Part shown: positions 12,801 through 26,502 of the stretch, piece by piece
Numbering within the stretch: the stretch's first letter is position 1
Layout: the number at the start of each line of letters is the position of its first letter
Source: Marsupella aquatica
Lineage: Eukaryota > Plantae > Marchantiophyta
Assembly: GCA_973895155.1 (NCBI GenBank)
Contig: OZ316892.1
Span: forward strand, 14,438,861-14,502,860
Length of the DNA stretch: 64,000 nt
Direction: 5' to 3'
Notes under the pieces: model-generated
The model's database searches: none
Seen by the model: only the letters and a program-made list of their open reading frames with translations
Told to the model about the DNA's origin: nothing
Made by a program: the position numbers and the translations under genes

Positions 12801-14427
12801 CAGGTGAGTGTTCCTGATCTTGGCGAGGCTATGATTCCAACAATGTCCGCCATGTATGCCTGCATGCGACCTTTCTTGAAAGACCTCAATCTTTGGCAGG
12901 TACTATGATGAGGATGTTTCATTGGAACTTCGCACTTCAATTCTCTTACTAGTTATAGGATTCCAAAGAGTACAATGGGTAGAAAGTTGCAGCTGTACTT
13001 TCTGCTATGTGAAGTCCAATCACCATCTACGAGTAGCTCACTTGCTTAATTAGGTCGTCTGTTAGGGTCAAAATGTTGGTCAAACTTTGCCTCCAATCTG
13101 CTGAAGAAATCAGCTTCTGAATGTAGCATATGTAAAGCCTTAAGAAGCTGATGGTGTGGCAATTCGGAAACGCTGTTGGTTGGGTGATCTACGTATTTGC
13201 TTAACAGCAGGTAGACTGGTAGATATAATTGAGCTAGACAGAAATTTGCAGTCAGGTTCTGATGATTGTGTAGTTTACAGTTAGATGGGCGCCCTATGAG
13301 TGGAGATATTGGTGCTGGTGCAACAAGGGAAACTGTAGCTCTAGCTTCACGTGTGGTTGTATCAGCTGACCGACCTAAAGGTGAACTCTACTTCTATCTT
13401 TATAGATCTTTCCTGCATTAATCTTGAACTTTCATTTCAAGATGTTGTGTCCTCATCTTCTAATCAGGCTTATGCGCAACCAAGTTTGTTCTTCGAAGCA
13501 AACCCTCTTCTTAATGGTTATCTTGGCAGTGTTAAACCAAACTGCTTTCAAATGGTAAGCCTCAGGAACGTGAATTCATAACTCTGGTCTTTCATCTTCT
13601 AGCTCTTAAATCTTGTTCGGACACTTACTATAGTAATGGTCTCTATAGTTACGTGTGCTTCGGATTACTTGCTGACAATTTCATACGTGTGATCCATGGA
13701 ATGATAGGCTACCTGCAGCTTGCAGGAGGCACTAATGCACATACTGTCACATCTATGAAAGAGAAGGCTTTATGTGGTATATCCAGGTCCTTGAGAACTG
13801 GTGGGTATTCTTTTTTCATATGCATGCAGCATTACATACTTCGCTGATTATGGTAGGTCGAGCCCATTTGAACAAATAATGACACTGTCTACTGACTGCA
13901 ATGGACAATAGACGTACTCGCTGGACCAAAACATATGGAATGTCCTTCAACTGGGGAGGCCCTTGTTTCAGGTGTGGCTTTCGGAGGTTCTGCTCGGAAG
14001 GTAAATACTGAACCAACTTACCTTTGGTCTGTAGCAATCTTCGGAGATGATGACATTTTCAGACAACAAATGAAATCTAGGCTTGATACATATTGCTACT
14101 CCACCGGGGTACCAGAAAGATGAAGGCATTGGTGGAGTTTGCTATGAATCTTTCTTTGAAAGCAAACATCTAATGACAGGGAGCCGACTTTCAATGGGAA
14201 ACGGGTTTACCTGTGCTTCGTTCTGCAACTCAACATTGCCACTTTCCTGTGGAATACTTGTGCAGGTTGTGAGTAGGTTTTTTCAAAAGATGCACGACAA
14301 TCACAAAGAAGATGATTCCAATATTGATCATGTAAGGTTACTATTGGAGCACTATCCATCTTTAATGATTGGTGCACTTCAAGAAGCAATTGCATTGGTT
14401 GACACCGTGAAGGAAAAGAAAGTTTAG
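9872..14427 (+). CDS. ldpA: LdpA-like 2x[4Fe-4S] protein with LdpA C-terminal domain and probable plastid transit peptide, 13 exons, ~479 aa
   Basis: Exons 9872-10070, 10317-10459, 10765-10813, 11061-11216, 11424-11542, 11818-11890, 12053-12143, 12449-12518, 12804-12899, 13281-13380, 13708-13800, 13912-14000 and 14266-14427, all GT-AG and in phase. Motifs resembling cyanobacterial LdpA: WVKLICGASFEDL..VRNLSLVYTLAGVDCIDCAAD, MISVNDDVDPHFRKAEF, CPSDCPRPCESVCP, CYGCGRCLSVCP, DAIEIHT, WQLDGRPMSGDIG, QLAGGTN. The first exon and start codon are less certain. Confidence 0.9.
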
Positions 14428-14530
14428 ATTCTAATGTTTAACATAGGGGAATGTCAAGTAAACTAGAATGTGAGGAAAGTTTAGATTCCAATATTTAACA
14501 TAGGGGAATGTCAAGTAAACTAGAATGTGA
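14418..14530. repeat. 57-bp tandem duplication spanning the LdpA-like stop codon
   Basis: GAAAGTTTAGATTC(T/C)AAT(G/A)TTTAACATAGGGGAATGTCAAGTAAACTAGAATGTGA at 14418 and 14475. Confidence 0.92.
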
Positions 14531-15893
14531 AGACGTGCGAGCTTAAACACAACCAAGATGTTTCACGGCCCATAACCTGTGGTCGATCATAATGGAGACA
14601 ACAAAGAAAAATCAAAACTTCACACATCAATGAATTGAGAAGAAATTGTGTATAGATTGGCATCAGTCTGTCTCCTTTACTTGATGTAATGTTCTCTTTG
14701 AAGAGAGACATCAAGAAACCACAGACTAATGACCTTGAAAGATTTTACTTAAATCCTCTCATTACCTCTTATTCCTGAGGTACCCAAGTTTATAGACGTT
14801 GATCCATACCAATTTTGAGATCCTCTCTTTTATGAATCATTATCACGTTTGAAACTCCCTGGAGGCGCAGTGGTTTTTGCATAAACCCCACCAAAAGGAG
14901 TTTTGACAGACTGAATCCAAAATTTGTCCTATAGTTTGCAATTACCCTCAAACTGTTGGCTGCGCTCCTCTTTGGTCATCGCGTAAAAAAGTCATGTTCT
15001 TGTCAGTTCACTACAAAACCCTGCCGTCAATTTTCGTTGCTAAACTAAGTGGCACTGACTACTGGCCTACTTCCTTTACTGGTCTCGATTTCATTCCCTC
15101 TCAACTTTTTCTGAACAATTCATTTTCTGAAACTACACCTCAATTCTGTCCAGCGGTTTGCTGTTGTATCTGATAACATATTTGGCAGTCTGCAAGGAAT
15201 GCCCTGTTGAGATATTCCACCAGGCACTATCAACGAAACTCTTGCTCTGGACAAACGAATTCTAGATGTTTTGTTCTCAAAGCCTCAATTGCTTGGCCCC
15301 AGAAGTATAACACCAGACAATTCGCATGCAAGGCTTATTGTTCTGGGTAGTCTTTATTTCAATGGGAAGAAGTCCGTTGACACACCTCCCTATCCTGGTG
15401 GGTGACATGCATAGAAGACGTATCTAACCTTTGTGCAACTACAAACATAAATGACGACCTGCTTATCCAATATGCTCCCAGGAACGGCATGATGTGCTGC
15501 ATTACCACACCCAAGAGTTCTCAATGCTCCACCTTTGCAACCTCATGCCCTGTGACGCTGTCGTCCATACTGAACACATGTGCCTTGACAATAACTGCAT
15601 TGACTAAGTACTTCCAACCAAAAGATAGATCGCACTTTGATTTTGTAAAGGAAAGTTCTAATCGTCTCCTCAATCAAACCCCAAATTGGTCCTAATATGC
15701 TCCTTGAGTGCGGGCAGAAAGATCGCTATCCGTGACACACTACATATCCTTGCCAGTAAGCCAGAATTGCAAACATGTCCTTCATCGAAATTGATGCAAA
15801 GCTCTTGCCAAATTCCATTCACATACCCGCACTCGTATTGGTGCGTTGTGTTGAACTCCCTACAGGAAGTTTTTGACCTTGTTTGGTTAAGAG

Positions 15894-16997
15894 TCATCCC
15901 TTGAACCCTTGAATCCCTGCTTCAATATCAGGTATACCTTCCTTGAAAGCCTGCCACTGCTCTACAGTCAGGCTAATACCTGCAGAACAAACACACTTAG
16001 ATACTCTTTGAGATTGAACTCGACTCACATAGGAATTCAGTTTTCCTATGAAGATTTCCTTGACAAGCTACACAGATAAAATAGTATAATTATCCAAATA
16101 TTGAGGCTCGCTTGAAGGATCAACGTCTAAAGGTCCTCTCCAGAGGGAGGGAACGAAATTTACCTTTTTTAGTTGGCCGTAGCTGTCCGTCCTTCTCGTA
16201 GTACTCTCGTATAGATACTAGTGTCTTGCCACTGAACTGTTGAATAACAACAAACCGGTTCTTCGATAGCTGTCGACATGTGCAAGAGTTCCGTTAAGAA
16301 GGCAAATAATAAAAATTAAACTCGTTAAGCCCTGGAATGTGTCTGCGGATCCCTCATATTTGTGAAGCTTTTCAAGTAATAGCACTCATGAGAGGATCAA
16401 AGATTGGGCGAAGATTGAAAATCCAATTACCTCGCATACAGGATGGTCGCCAGTGGGAAAATTCTTGCTCTCGAAGCGCCTCTGCACTGTGTGCTTTTTT
16501 CCGTTAACTCTCTCCAAATCTTCATCGTCCGTGTCATCTGCCCTCCTTTTCTTTGTTGTCCTACTGGTATCCTTTCTCTTATCCTCCTCTTCCGATTCTA
16601 CAGAAGCGTCCGGTTGTTCAGATTCTTCAGGGTTTCCACTGGATCTGGTATCATTTGCATGGGTTTCGGCCTCTTCGTCTTCTTCATCGTCCAAAATTAA
16701 ATTCCGCCTGCGTCCAGGGTTTTGGGGAGGTTGCTTAGCCGGAGGTTGCTTAGCCGGAGGTTCGCGTTCCTTGGTATGGGGGGCCCTCTTGTGGTGCGAA
16801 TCATCTTCCTGGGAGGTCGAGAAGTAGTTCTCAACAGTTCGCTTCACTATTTTCCTGTTGGCCGGATTAGTGAGATCGAAACCCGTCTCATCCGCTGCTA
16901 GCTTGCGAACCTTGCTCTCAGTTAGTTTGTTCGGGTCGCCATGTTTCAGGATCCGAAGCACACACTCCTCCAGCTCCCTGTTGCTCTCGCTGTCCAT
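15894..16997 (-). CDS. KELP: KELP-like RNA polymerase II transcriptional coactivator (DEK-C + PC4 domain), 3 coding exons, ~252 aa
   Basis: Exons 16997-16431, 16269-16164 and 15979-15894. N-terminal DEK-C-like segment (VLRILK..LTESKVRKLA..GFDL..RKIVKRTVENY), acidic linker, then PC4 motif CELSKNRFVVIQQFSGKTLVSIREYYEKDGQLRPTKKGISLTVEQWQAF. Probable 5' UTR intron at 17002-17291. Confidence 0.93.
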
Positions 16998-17683
16998 TCC
17001 TCTGATCCCAGAGACGAGTAACTAGCAGTGCTGCGAAGATTGGATTTAACAGAGGTATAAGAATTGCTCTGTAAGAGCACAATGTGAGGGAAGCTGACAC
17101 AGATTCGTGTTCAGACCAGAGGGCTTTGACAGCCTCCCGAGATAAGTGTAGCGCAGACTCTCTGGACCAAATTGTTACAAAGGTTCCAAATTTCGAAAAC
17201 ACCCTCTGAGAGCTCTGAACGCCATGCCCAAGTGAGTTAGAGATCTCCAGTCGCCATCCATTTATCCCAAATCACAAACACAAAAAGTTACCTCGGCACA
17301 AGTTAGACTAGAGAAGGGTTCAGAATATCTAAACTGAACGGGTAAGTTGATTCCTAGTCAATAAACTCATCAAACGTTTCCGATTCCAGAGAAACGTTTG
17401 AATGTGTATTGGACACAAAAGCTGCGTTTGAATAACATGAGGGATAATTATATTCTATCTTCCGCAGATGTAGCAGCATTGCTCAATTACGCTGGACGAT
17501 CACAGCATGCTGCATAAACCTTGCAAATGAACAACCGACAAACTACTCAAACATTACACGAAAGGACGAATGAAAGGAGAACTGTAAAAGAGAGCATACA
17601 GTATAGGACAGGCCACTGACAGCGAGGGGAAGGTCAGTGTCACAGAGCAACAGGGAAAGTCAGAAAATTTGGAATTGGCTTAA

Positions 17684-17803
<120 letters not shown>

Positions 17804-20551
17804 TAATGGCTAAGAGGACAACAGAGAGAAGTGGGCCGACGCAAAGACATATCTTGCCCCATTCACACCTGCCGTGAGGAAGAGAGGTCTCAAAAGGGAT
17901 ACGGTAGCATTAAGATGACACCGTCGCATTTGTAGCTACGCACATTGAACAGTTGGGACCCGGGCCAAACTTACTTGGGAATCTCTGGCACACAAACACA
18001 AGAGCAGAGACTTCAACTCAGCTTCGCCAGCTTGTCAACCAGTCCACTTCATCCCCAACACACAGTACCGAAAGCTTCGGCTCCCTCTCTTCTGCTACGA
18101 CAACAGATGGATTTCAAATCCAATCATGCTTGTCGCGAAAGGAAGACTGCTCTGCAGAAACGCCAGTCGATGCCAATACCGTATAGCCTTCCTTGCTAGC
18201 CAACACTCATGTCGATTCGAACACTGCACTGAACGCCTGGGAGGGAAAAAATTGTAAGCGTGACACAGCAGTCGCCCATCAATCTCCTGGAGTCTGGCAG
18301 GCTGTTGCCGCATACCCCGGCCGATTTGGTTGTATCCGATTTTACTAGTCGCTTCCCCTTCGAAGGTCGAATGAACACCATGACTGGGCCGCAGTCAATG
18401 GAGGCTTTCGCTCAGCGACCTCAGCGACCACGAAGGTACATCGAGGACAATGGCCGCCTTGCATTTAGAAGGTCCTCCAAAAATAGGACCTTCATTTAAT
18501 TAAGTGATGGCACTCTGTGGGTGAACGAGGCATTATTATTAAAGCCCACTCAACCCGTCCCGAGGGAGGCATGAAGGCTCAACCGGGCAATGCTATTTTG
18601 CGGCCTGCACGTCCCTACCTTTAAAACTTCTAAATAAAACCAATCCGTCGCTACCTTTAATTTTCTAAATAAAACAAATGATACATATCTTTCCTTAGCT
18701 AATTCTGTAGAGATTTGCAATGCACTTTTTGCCTACTGAAGTGTATATTTTTTTAGGAACTTCTACATGCCAGACAGTCCTGAAGGGGGGTGATTACTAA
18801 ATATGTTTCATTCACCCCCTCCCCTACATGTCACCCAATTTTGCAAATACTCCCAGACACTGGGAATGAATGAGGATGGCCAAAACAAAAGGCTACCCGG
18901 GAAGCTGCACATAAAAAAGCAGCCGTTTAGTAAGTACCTACTGTAGCTCAATATTTAGAAAGAACAACACTCATTGATATAAAAAGATATTAATTGAGTT
19001 ATGGAAAATCAGTCCAATTTGTGAGCACGTGTCATATGGGACAATATACCTTATGCACTCATTGATATAAACGAGCAATTAGGCTTAGCATGATATGAAA
19101 AAATAGTCAAACGTGTGTACACCATATGCTATTGCCTTTTGATGTGAATTGTAAATGAAACATGATAGGGCTATTATTTGTCAAGTGTACAGCCACACAA
19201 GCATCACACCTTTGACAATGTACTACCGTAGCCCAATGCTCATACCTGGCACACTATTGTGGATAGTAACTGATGTTGAGTGGAAATATTGTCAAGCATA
19301 AAGGGGATGGCTGGGCAATCCCACACCACTATCTATGGGGAGAGTGATGGGTTGGGCCTGCATGGGAATGGTGCACAATGGCACCCTTAATATGTCTAAT
19401 TTATGGTTAGGGAAAAATCTCACCATGAACAATTTGTAAACAGACCACGAGAGAGAAACAGTGGAAGTGCATATTATGATTTTTGGAGGAAAGGGGGTCA
19501 CTGATGAGAAGGGGGCAAATGGGAAAAGAGTCTTTGTATTTTGCATAATAATATGGGGATCATTTTTGGGACATAAAAGACCACCAATATCAATTCACTT
19601 CATCAAAATAAACCCACTTCATCAGTTAAGTAACTCAACATCCAACCAATTAAAATTAATTGTAACACACTTATGACTAATTATGCAATGGACCCATGCT
19701 GGGCAACTTGTGCCTGGGTAATTTTAGCAATGGACCTCTGCTCAACTAATTTTAGAGACACATTCATGCTTGGCTATTTTAGCAGTTGATTCATGCTTGA
19801 TGTTGTGGACCCATCTTGTGACTACCCTCTACCTTGAGAGGTGCCTGATTCTGTTTGGCTTCACGACCTGTACCCTGTGGGTGAGAATTCCCTGACCCTG
19901 GATGTCTGACAGCAAGCCTATTGGTTGCAAAGATGGAGACTAGGGCTCCAAGGGCAATAGGTTTCCTTGAGAAGGGGATGACTGATAACAGTTGAGGACC
20001 TAGAGCCAACCTACATGTGAGTGGCCGTGACGATGCGGCCCTCACACTGAACGAAACAACAGTGCCGTGTCTCCCTCCCATGCCATTCCTGGCAGCCAAA
20101 AATCAGGAGTTACAAGGGCAATGTCTGGAATGTTTCCGGCCCTTGACGTCCCAACCTCAAAGTTCATAATAAAACAATACCCATAGTACACATGTCGTGA
20201 AAAGTCTGGGAACTCCAGCTTTGGGCTTGAACATGTGTGTGATCCACTTGTGATCGGAGATCTACCCTTTGCCTAATCTCTCACTGTCTGTAGCTAAGGG
20301 CTATCTTGCATGTGCCATCGTCTTAAAAAAATGCAGCCCTTCCTACCCCTAAATTATCAGCAAAAAGTGACATACAAAGTCTGCACACAATTGGCTAAGG
20401 CAAAATTTCATTTTGTTTTATATGAGATTTCAAGGTTGGAATGGTAACGGCCTCTGTCAAACTTTGTGGCCTTTGCCCTTGAAAGTGCACTAGTTTAGCC
20501 GTGAGGATTGGCTCAAGAGGGGAGCAAGGCAGGAAAGTCTTGGTCAGTCCC

Positions 20552-20699
20552 ATGGTTCAGATTATTTCAGGGCGGATTATTTCAGGACCCCACTCCCATG
20601 GTTCAAATTATTTTAGGGCCAATTATTTCAGGACCCTCCGATGCAAGAATGGTTCAGATTATTTCAGGGCCTATTATTTCAGGACCCTCAAATGCAAGA
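20552..20699. repeat. ~46-51-bp tandem repeat, 3 copies, each with two ATTATTTCAGG-like cores
   Basis: ATGGTTCA(G/A)ATTATTT(C/T)AGGGC..ATTATTTCAGGACCC at 20552, 20598 and 20649. Confidence 0.88.
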
Positions 20700-21066
20700 C
20701 GGCCCAAAGGCCGCATTGTTTAGGACTCCCACATGGAAGTTGGCTCCGATACTCACGCTATAGGAGAATGAGACTGCTATAGAATGAGACTGCTATATCA
20801 GGCTAATTTATCGGAGCGGACCCATGCTCGATTTTTAGCAACCATCCTCGACTAATCTTAGCTACAGACCCTTGCTCACTCACCCCTGCACCGCGCCTGG
20901 ACAAACGAGGCCCATTTTTCCTTCGGCTTTGCCAAAACGACTGTACCACGTAGTACGTGCCCTGAATTCAAAGAAAGAATGATATTCCGTAGAGAAGAGT
21001 GAGGTGGTCGAATAGATTATTTAGGCCACAGAGCTAAGAAGTCAGACCGTGAGTTTAGAGAGAAGC

Positions 21067-24000
21067 ATGGTGGGCGCAGATGGGTCTACGCTTGATCGAT
21101 CAATCACCCATGTCCTCTTCGACATGGACGGCCTTCTGTTAGGTCTCTGTTTCTTTCTCTGTGCATTGGTTTTGGTGTTGTCATGAAGATTATTCTGCAT
21201 TGTGTTTCTCCCTATCAGCTGTTTTCTTCGTCCTTTTCCAATTCAATCGTTGGTCACTTTCCTTTTTACTTCTGTCGTACTTGCCCATCTCTTACCTTTC
21301 TCTTGAACATCTGCCATGTAAGTGAGATCTCCGTTTCAACCGAATGAGTTTCCTTCTCGGACTCCATTGCTAGTGGGGCGTTTTCTCAAGTACTCTCGGG
21401 GCAGCTTGTGCTTCTCTTCTACAACAGCAGTTTGAGTGTGGAAAATTTTCTTCCTCATGTGGTATTCATTTAGCTGGAATTTTGGCACTACAAATTGAGG
21501 TCAAACTTAAAAGGTCTACATTTTGGCCCGACTTGTAAAACAATCGTCTACCTGAAATTTCAGGAATTGTTTCCACCATACAGGCGAGATTCTTCTTGTC
21601 AAACTCCAACTTTCCTGTGGCAATCGTAGAAGAGAGAGCGATGGTTATGGTCCCTGCAAGTTTCAAGCCTATCTTAGGAAAAACAGTGAAGCTGCTTGTA
21701 GTTTGAATATTTCTGTTCGCTTCAGTATGTTGGGGTCATATTGGTTCTCTACCTCAGATGTAGATTCGGCAAAAAATCCGACTTCAGAACTTCAGAACCA
21801 AGAGGAACGAAGTTTGTGTCTTCCGCAGTCTCTTCAGAATGTTGTCTCTGTCCAGCCGATTGCACAGACGCATAACGCTGAAAATTTTGAGATTGCAGTC
21901 CTGCAGTTCTACAGGTTCTTTTGTGTTGTATGGAAAGGAGTACTGTCTTGTACTTTGGCTCATTTGGGGCACTATCTCTGATGCTCATTTGTGCTGCAAA
22001 GCCCTACAGTTTTTATCGCTGAAATGATCATACTGGTGTTCATTTTGAGTGGGGTTCCATCTTTGAGAAAACCGCAGGCTTGCCCGAGCTGGTAACATTT
22101 AAGAACACTGTCAGTGTAAGCCTCTAAGAACTCAACAAGAGGTGCATGCCCTGCTATAAGATCATTATGACTCGTTTAGCTCAGGCGGTTCTTGGATCTA
22201 AGTAATTACTTTACAAAATAATGTCCAGATGCTTTTCTCATCCCTGCTCTCTCCACACGGTTAAAATAAAAAACATTCAAAATTCTAAATCTCGAGAGTC
22301 CTAAATGTGATTACAGTTGATATTTATGCCACGTTTCATTTTTCTTTCAGACAGCTGAAGTGACAATCAAGATTGTGATTCCTTGGATTTCCAAGTGTAG
22401 ATCTTGAGGGGAAAGAGTCATTTTGGTGTCTTATTAGATTAGCTGACAAGTACACCTTGGCGTACTTGGTCCAATCTCGGGGTCGTTTTGATGGTTTAAA
22501 TTCGTCTTCTTCAGATACGGAAGAATTTTATACTGTTGTCCAGCAAAAGATACTGGAAAGGTTTGGGAAGAAATTTGATTGGTCTCTAAAGTCGAAGATG
22601 ATTGGGAAGAAAGCTTTGGAGGCTGGTCAAATACTAGTCAAGGAGTTGGGGCTCGAAGGAGTGCTCACACCTGAAGAATTCGTTGCGGAGCGAGAAACTA
22701 TGTTGGCCTCCATGTTTCCCAACGCTGAACTCCTTCCTGGTACAGTGTCTTTCACTTGATTTGCCTGCATTTTCAGTCGTCAGCTTCACAAAACAGCTCA
22801 ACGTTTGTGACATGTTTTGTTTTTGTTAGCTTTCGGTTTTTTTACAAGCATAGTTTCGCTTTCGCGGAATGTCCTTGTAGACTGCGTTGTTATTAGTTAA
22901 TTTTTGGGTTGGTTACATTGATCTATCTTTGTTCCCAATTAAGCATTTCTTCTAATACTAAAATTAAGCTGTCAACTTATTAAGAATATTCGAAGGTGAT
23001 GGGGGCCTTGTGCTCTCCAAGAACCAACGAAACATAAACGATTCAGTTCTGTGCAGTGCTTATTGGCATCTGTGAATAGGACTGACTGATGGAATTTAGA
23101 AGGTTTGCACCAAGTTGTTGACATTGGGGACGAGGTTTGGCCAAAGTAAGCAACTACTGTATCTTATCTGATTTGTATTCTTTCTACTTTCGTTATACTA
23201 TGAAGGAGTGGAGCGGCTTGTTAAGCATTTGCACGCGCACGGAGTGCCAATGGCCATAGCAACCAGGTAATTGGTTGTCATCATTTCAGCGGCGATAATT
23301 CTGAATTCCTTAAAGTCACAGGTTGTTATCTAGAATCTTTCAAGTGACAAGAGGACCTGTATGACTGTTTGGGAATGGTCTCGTGCATTTTGTCTTTAAG
23401 GCTTATACATGGAGAGTATGAACCGATGTTTCAATTATTCTGCCACAATGAAAACACTATTGCTGACTGTAGAAATCATGCACACTTGGGGACCAATGCC
23501 CTAAAGCTGTGGGTCAATATTATCTTTGTGCTAGAAGCTCATGTGCGGACGTACGAGCTTGTCGGTGGATTGTATTTATTGAAGCCTGAAGTTCCAAGGG
23601 AATATCTTTATTACCCGTGCAGCTCTCACAGACATCATTTTGAGCTGAAGACAACGAAACATGGGGAGTTGCTTTCGCTCATGCACCATGTGGTCGTGGG
23701 TGATGATCCAGCAGTTACCAAGGGGAAACCATCTCCTGAAATATTCCTAACCGCCTTCGATCGGTTCCAAGTGTGCAACCTTTCATGTCTCCGCTATTCA
23801 GTCATAGGAGTTGTTTGATGTCGCCTCTTGTCTCGAATTGCCTCAGTTGTGTTGGGTCATTGAATGCATGTAAGTGGGACACGGCGTGCACAAGTGTTTT
23901 TTCAGACGGTGACTACTAACGGTAATCAGATCAAGCTTTCTGCCATAAGCGATGGGTAACATTAACGGCCAATAAAATGAAACAAGGAACTTCGCTTTGG

Positions 24001-24876
24001 TTGTGAAACAAGTAAGGAGAACTTGTCCAAAATAAAGACTCATTGCAGAGAGTGGCAAAGAAAGTTAAATCTAAAAGAAGTTAAAACAATTCTCGGAAGT
24101 TTAAAGATTTTGACAACCTTTAGAAAATGGCCGCTTAGCATTGTACAAGATTTTTGTTTCTCCCAATTATGCTGGACTTGGTACGGTTTTAGAGAGTACA
24201 TAAGTCAGATCAGCTGTCTTAACTTTGTCGGCAATCCCAATTTGTCTCAGGAGCCCGAGTTGACAACACAGCAAGTTCTGGTCTTTGAGGATGCGCCAAG
24301 TGGTGTGGGTGCTGCTAGAGCTGCTAATATGTGAGTATATTTATCGGACTTGTACATCACTGTACTTGCAACGTGTCCTATCTACTATGATTAATTCATT
24401 TCATTCTGGTGCTTGTGGGTATTCGATCACTTTAAATTACATCGACATGATTCTTTGATCTGGACCATATTCATGTAGGAACCGTTGACAGGCCTTTGGA
24501 ACAGCTGTAGTTTTTCTGTAGAAGATTTTAGGGGAAAGTTATCTATTTGGCGCAAGGATTAAAGGTTTCAGAACAGACTCATTCATATTAAACAGAATCT
24601 TTGGTACTGCTCTGGAGTATGTGGGAAAGGGTTTAGGGTAGGACGGTCTTTTGATACTAGCTCTCTTGAGTAAAGACTTTACTCTGAATTCTTTCTGAAG
24701 GGTCATTCCTTACTGTGGCTGAAACCAGTGTGATACATCTTGTATCAATTGAATGCAGGCCTGTTGTTATGGTTCCAGACGTTAGGCTGGATCCAAAATT
24801 GCATGAGGGTGCCGATCAGGTTCTCTCCTCTCTTCTTGATTTTGACCCTGGGTTTTGGGGACTTCCGCCATTTTAG
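21067..24876 (+). CDS. GPP: HAD-superfamily phosphatase of the GPP/GS1 (glycerol-3-phosphatase / pseudouridine-5'-phosphatase-like) type, 6 exons, ~235 aa
   Basis: Exons 21067-21142, 22515-22739, 23206-23266, 23623-23770, 24251-24330 and 24759-24876, in phase. HAD motifs ITHVLFDMDGLLLDTE, AIATSS, KGKPSPEIF and LVFEDAPSGV; C-terminus FDPGFWGLPPF. Confidence 0.94.
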
Positions 24877-26175
24877 TACTGGACACCGTTTCCGTCCTAG
24901 TCATATTGGGGACGATTTCTCGATTATATTACTCTGAACATTCCTTACATTCAAAGCTGCACTGTTGAGTTGGGGAGCACCGACTAGAGAAGCAAGATTG
25001 ATAGCTTACGATTAAACCATAGAGAAAAGAAGATTCTTGATATCTTGCGTCATCTTACCTGGACGACTTCGGCTGATCGTTAGACGGTGGTGATTGGATC
25101 AAAGCAGCAGCATTCTCGAAAAGTTGTCAAGAATATCGCTTGTTGTTATATTGAGATTCCAGAGCTTGGTCATATTATGGTCCTGCAGAGGCACTGTCCA
25201 TTGTTGCAGTTTTTATCTGGAAACCTTCTCTCGGAAATTTTGTTTGACAAATGGGCACTTCTTGCTTGCATAAACGTTTGTGTTATGGAAGTACACAATT
25301 TCTAGAAGAAATAGAAGTTGAAGTTGTTTACCGTGCCTTTCAATCCAATTCGATCGATGAAACCGCATCGGACAGGGTTTCTTGTCAAGTCTGCTTTGAG
25401 ATGCTCTTTGTAGGTCAGTTCAGAGATTGGTGGCAGACATCTGTGCGGACTATTGCTTCTGATCAACAACGAAGAGATGTGTTTTCAAGGAACGTCCAAA
25501 CGAAGTAAGGGCAAAGTAACCCTCGAAATGATCAAAGAAATGATAGGTCCTGACGTAGTCAAGGATATCTTGTTTGTGAAATTATGTTCGTGTTCGCTGC
25601 AAGTCGGGATTGTGCTGAATGTCTTTCACCCTTTTTAGATCGAATTGACTCACTGGGGGTGGTTTGCTCCGGGGTGGTTTGCTCCTTTACTTGTTGATGT
25701 CCCACTCCTATAGTAGGTCAATTCGTTTCAGGGCAGGGGTCTATGGGCACAGAACTAGTGCAAATTTGCTTAAAATTCATGTAGTGAAAGTCAAGATTCC
25801 CAAAGGTTTTTAAAACTTTACCATGCAAGTGATTTGAGTAAATCCAGTGGTCTGAAAAATGTGATTCACCTTTATATCAGGCTAAGAATTCAACGTATGT
25901 GAAGGTGCATCTTTGAGTAGGCCATTGCGACTCTCTAAAGGGAACTGGCTTTTGCTTTCACAATACGTGGTGTGATGCTATCTGATGTATGTCAAAAATC
26001 ATGTTGAAAATATCTCCGAAGAGTATTGAACATTGAGATATTCTTCACTGTGCACCATGCTTCCAGTGTTAAGTCTAGTGGAACCTCAGGTCCTGCCATG
26101 GCATATACTCCTCCTACACCTGCAAGTCTTTCTCCTAGGATCTAGTGTGGTGATTGTAGCAGAACTTTGAAGGGG

Positions 26176-26502
26176 TTTTTTTTTTTTGCTTTGAAAGCTG
26201 AAAGTAGACCTATCCAACAGAGGGTAACAAACTACTTTGGAGTATGCACCATTGTAGGATAGCCCACTAGGGGGAACGATATCCAGGGATCCTACAGGCT
26301 AGGGTCCGTTGCCAGGAAGCAGAGAGGGTTAGACCAGGATCACTAAACGATCAGCCAGGGGCCAAAACCAGTACTCCCACCACTACACCCCGCCCACACA
26401 AACACACATCTTCCGTCCACACCCCTTGCATGTGGGGGGGGATTGAACCTGGACCTCTTGGTTCTAGGCTAATCCCCTTGCCAATGCTGAAGCCGGTTGC
26501 CT
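26176..26502 (-). mobile_element. tRNA-derived SINE, copy 1
   Basis: On the minus strand: tRNA-like head with B box GGTTCAATCC (26449-26440), a body, and a poly(A) tail (T12 at 26176-26187 on +). Colinear similarity with 56709-57030. Confidence 0.75.

Noticed and set aside
26430-26502. tRNA gene (also 56955-57030)
   Set aside because: A B box is present but no complete cloverleaf can be built; the head is followed by a shared body and A-tail, as in a SINE.
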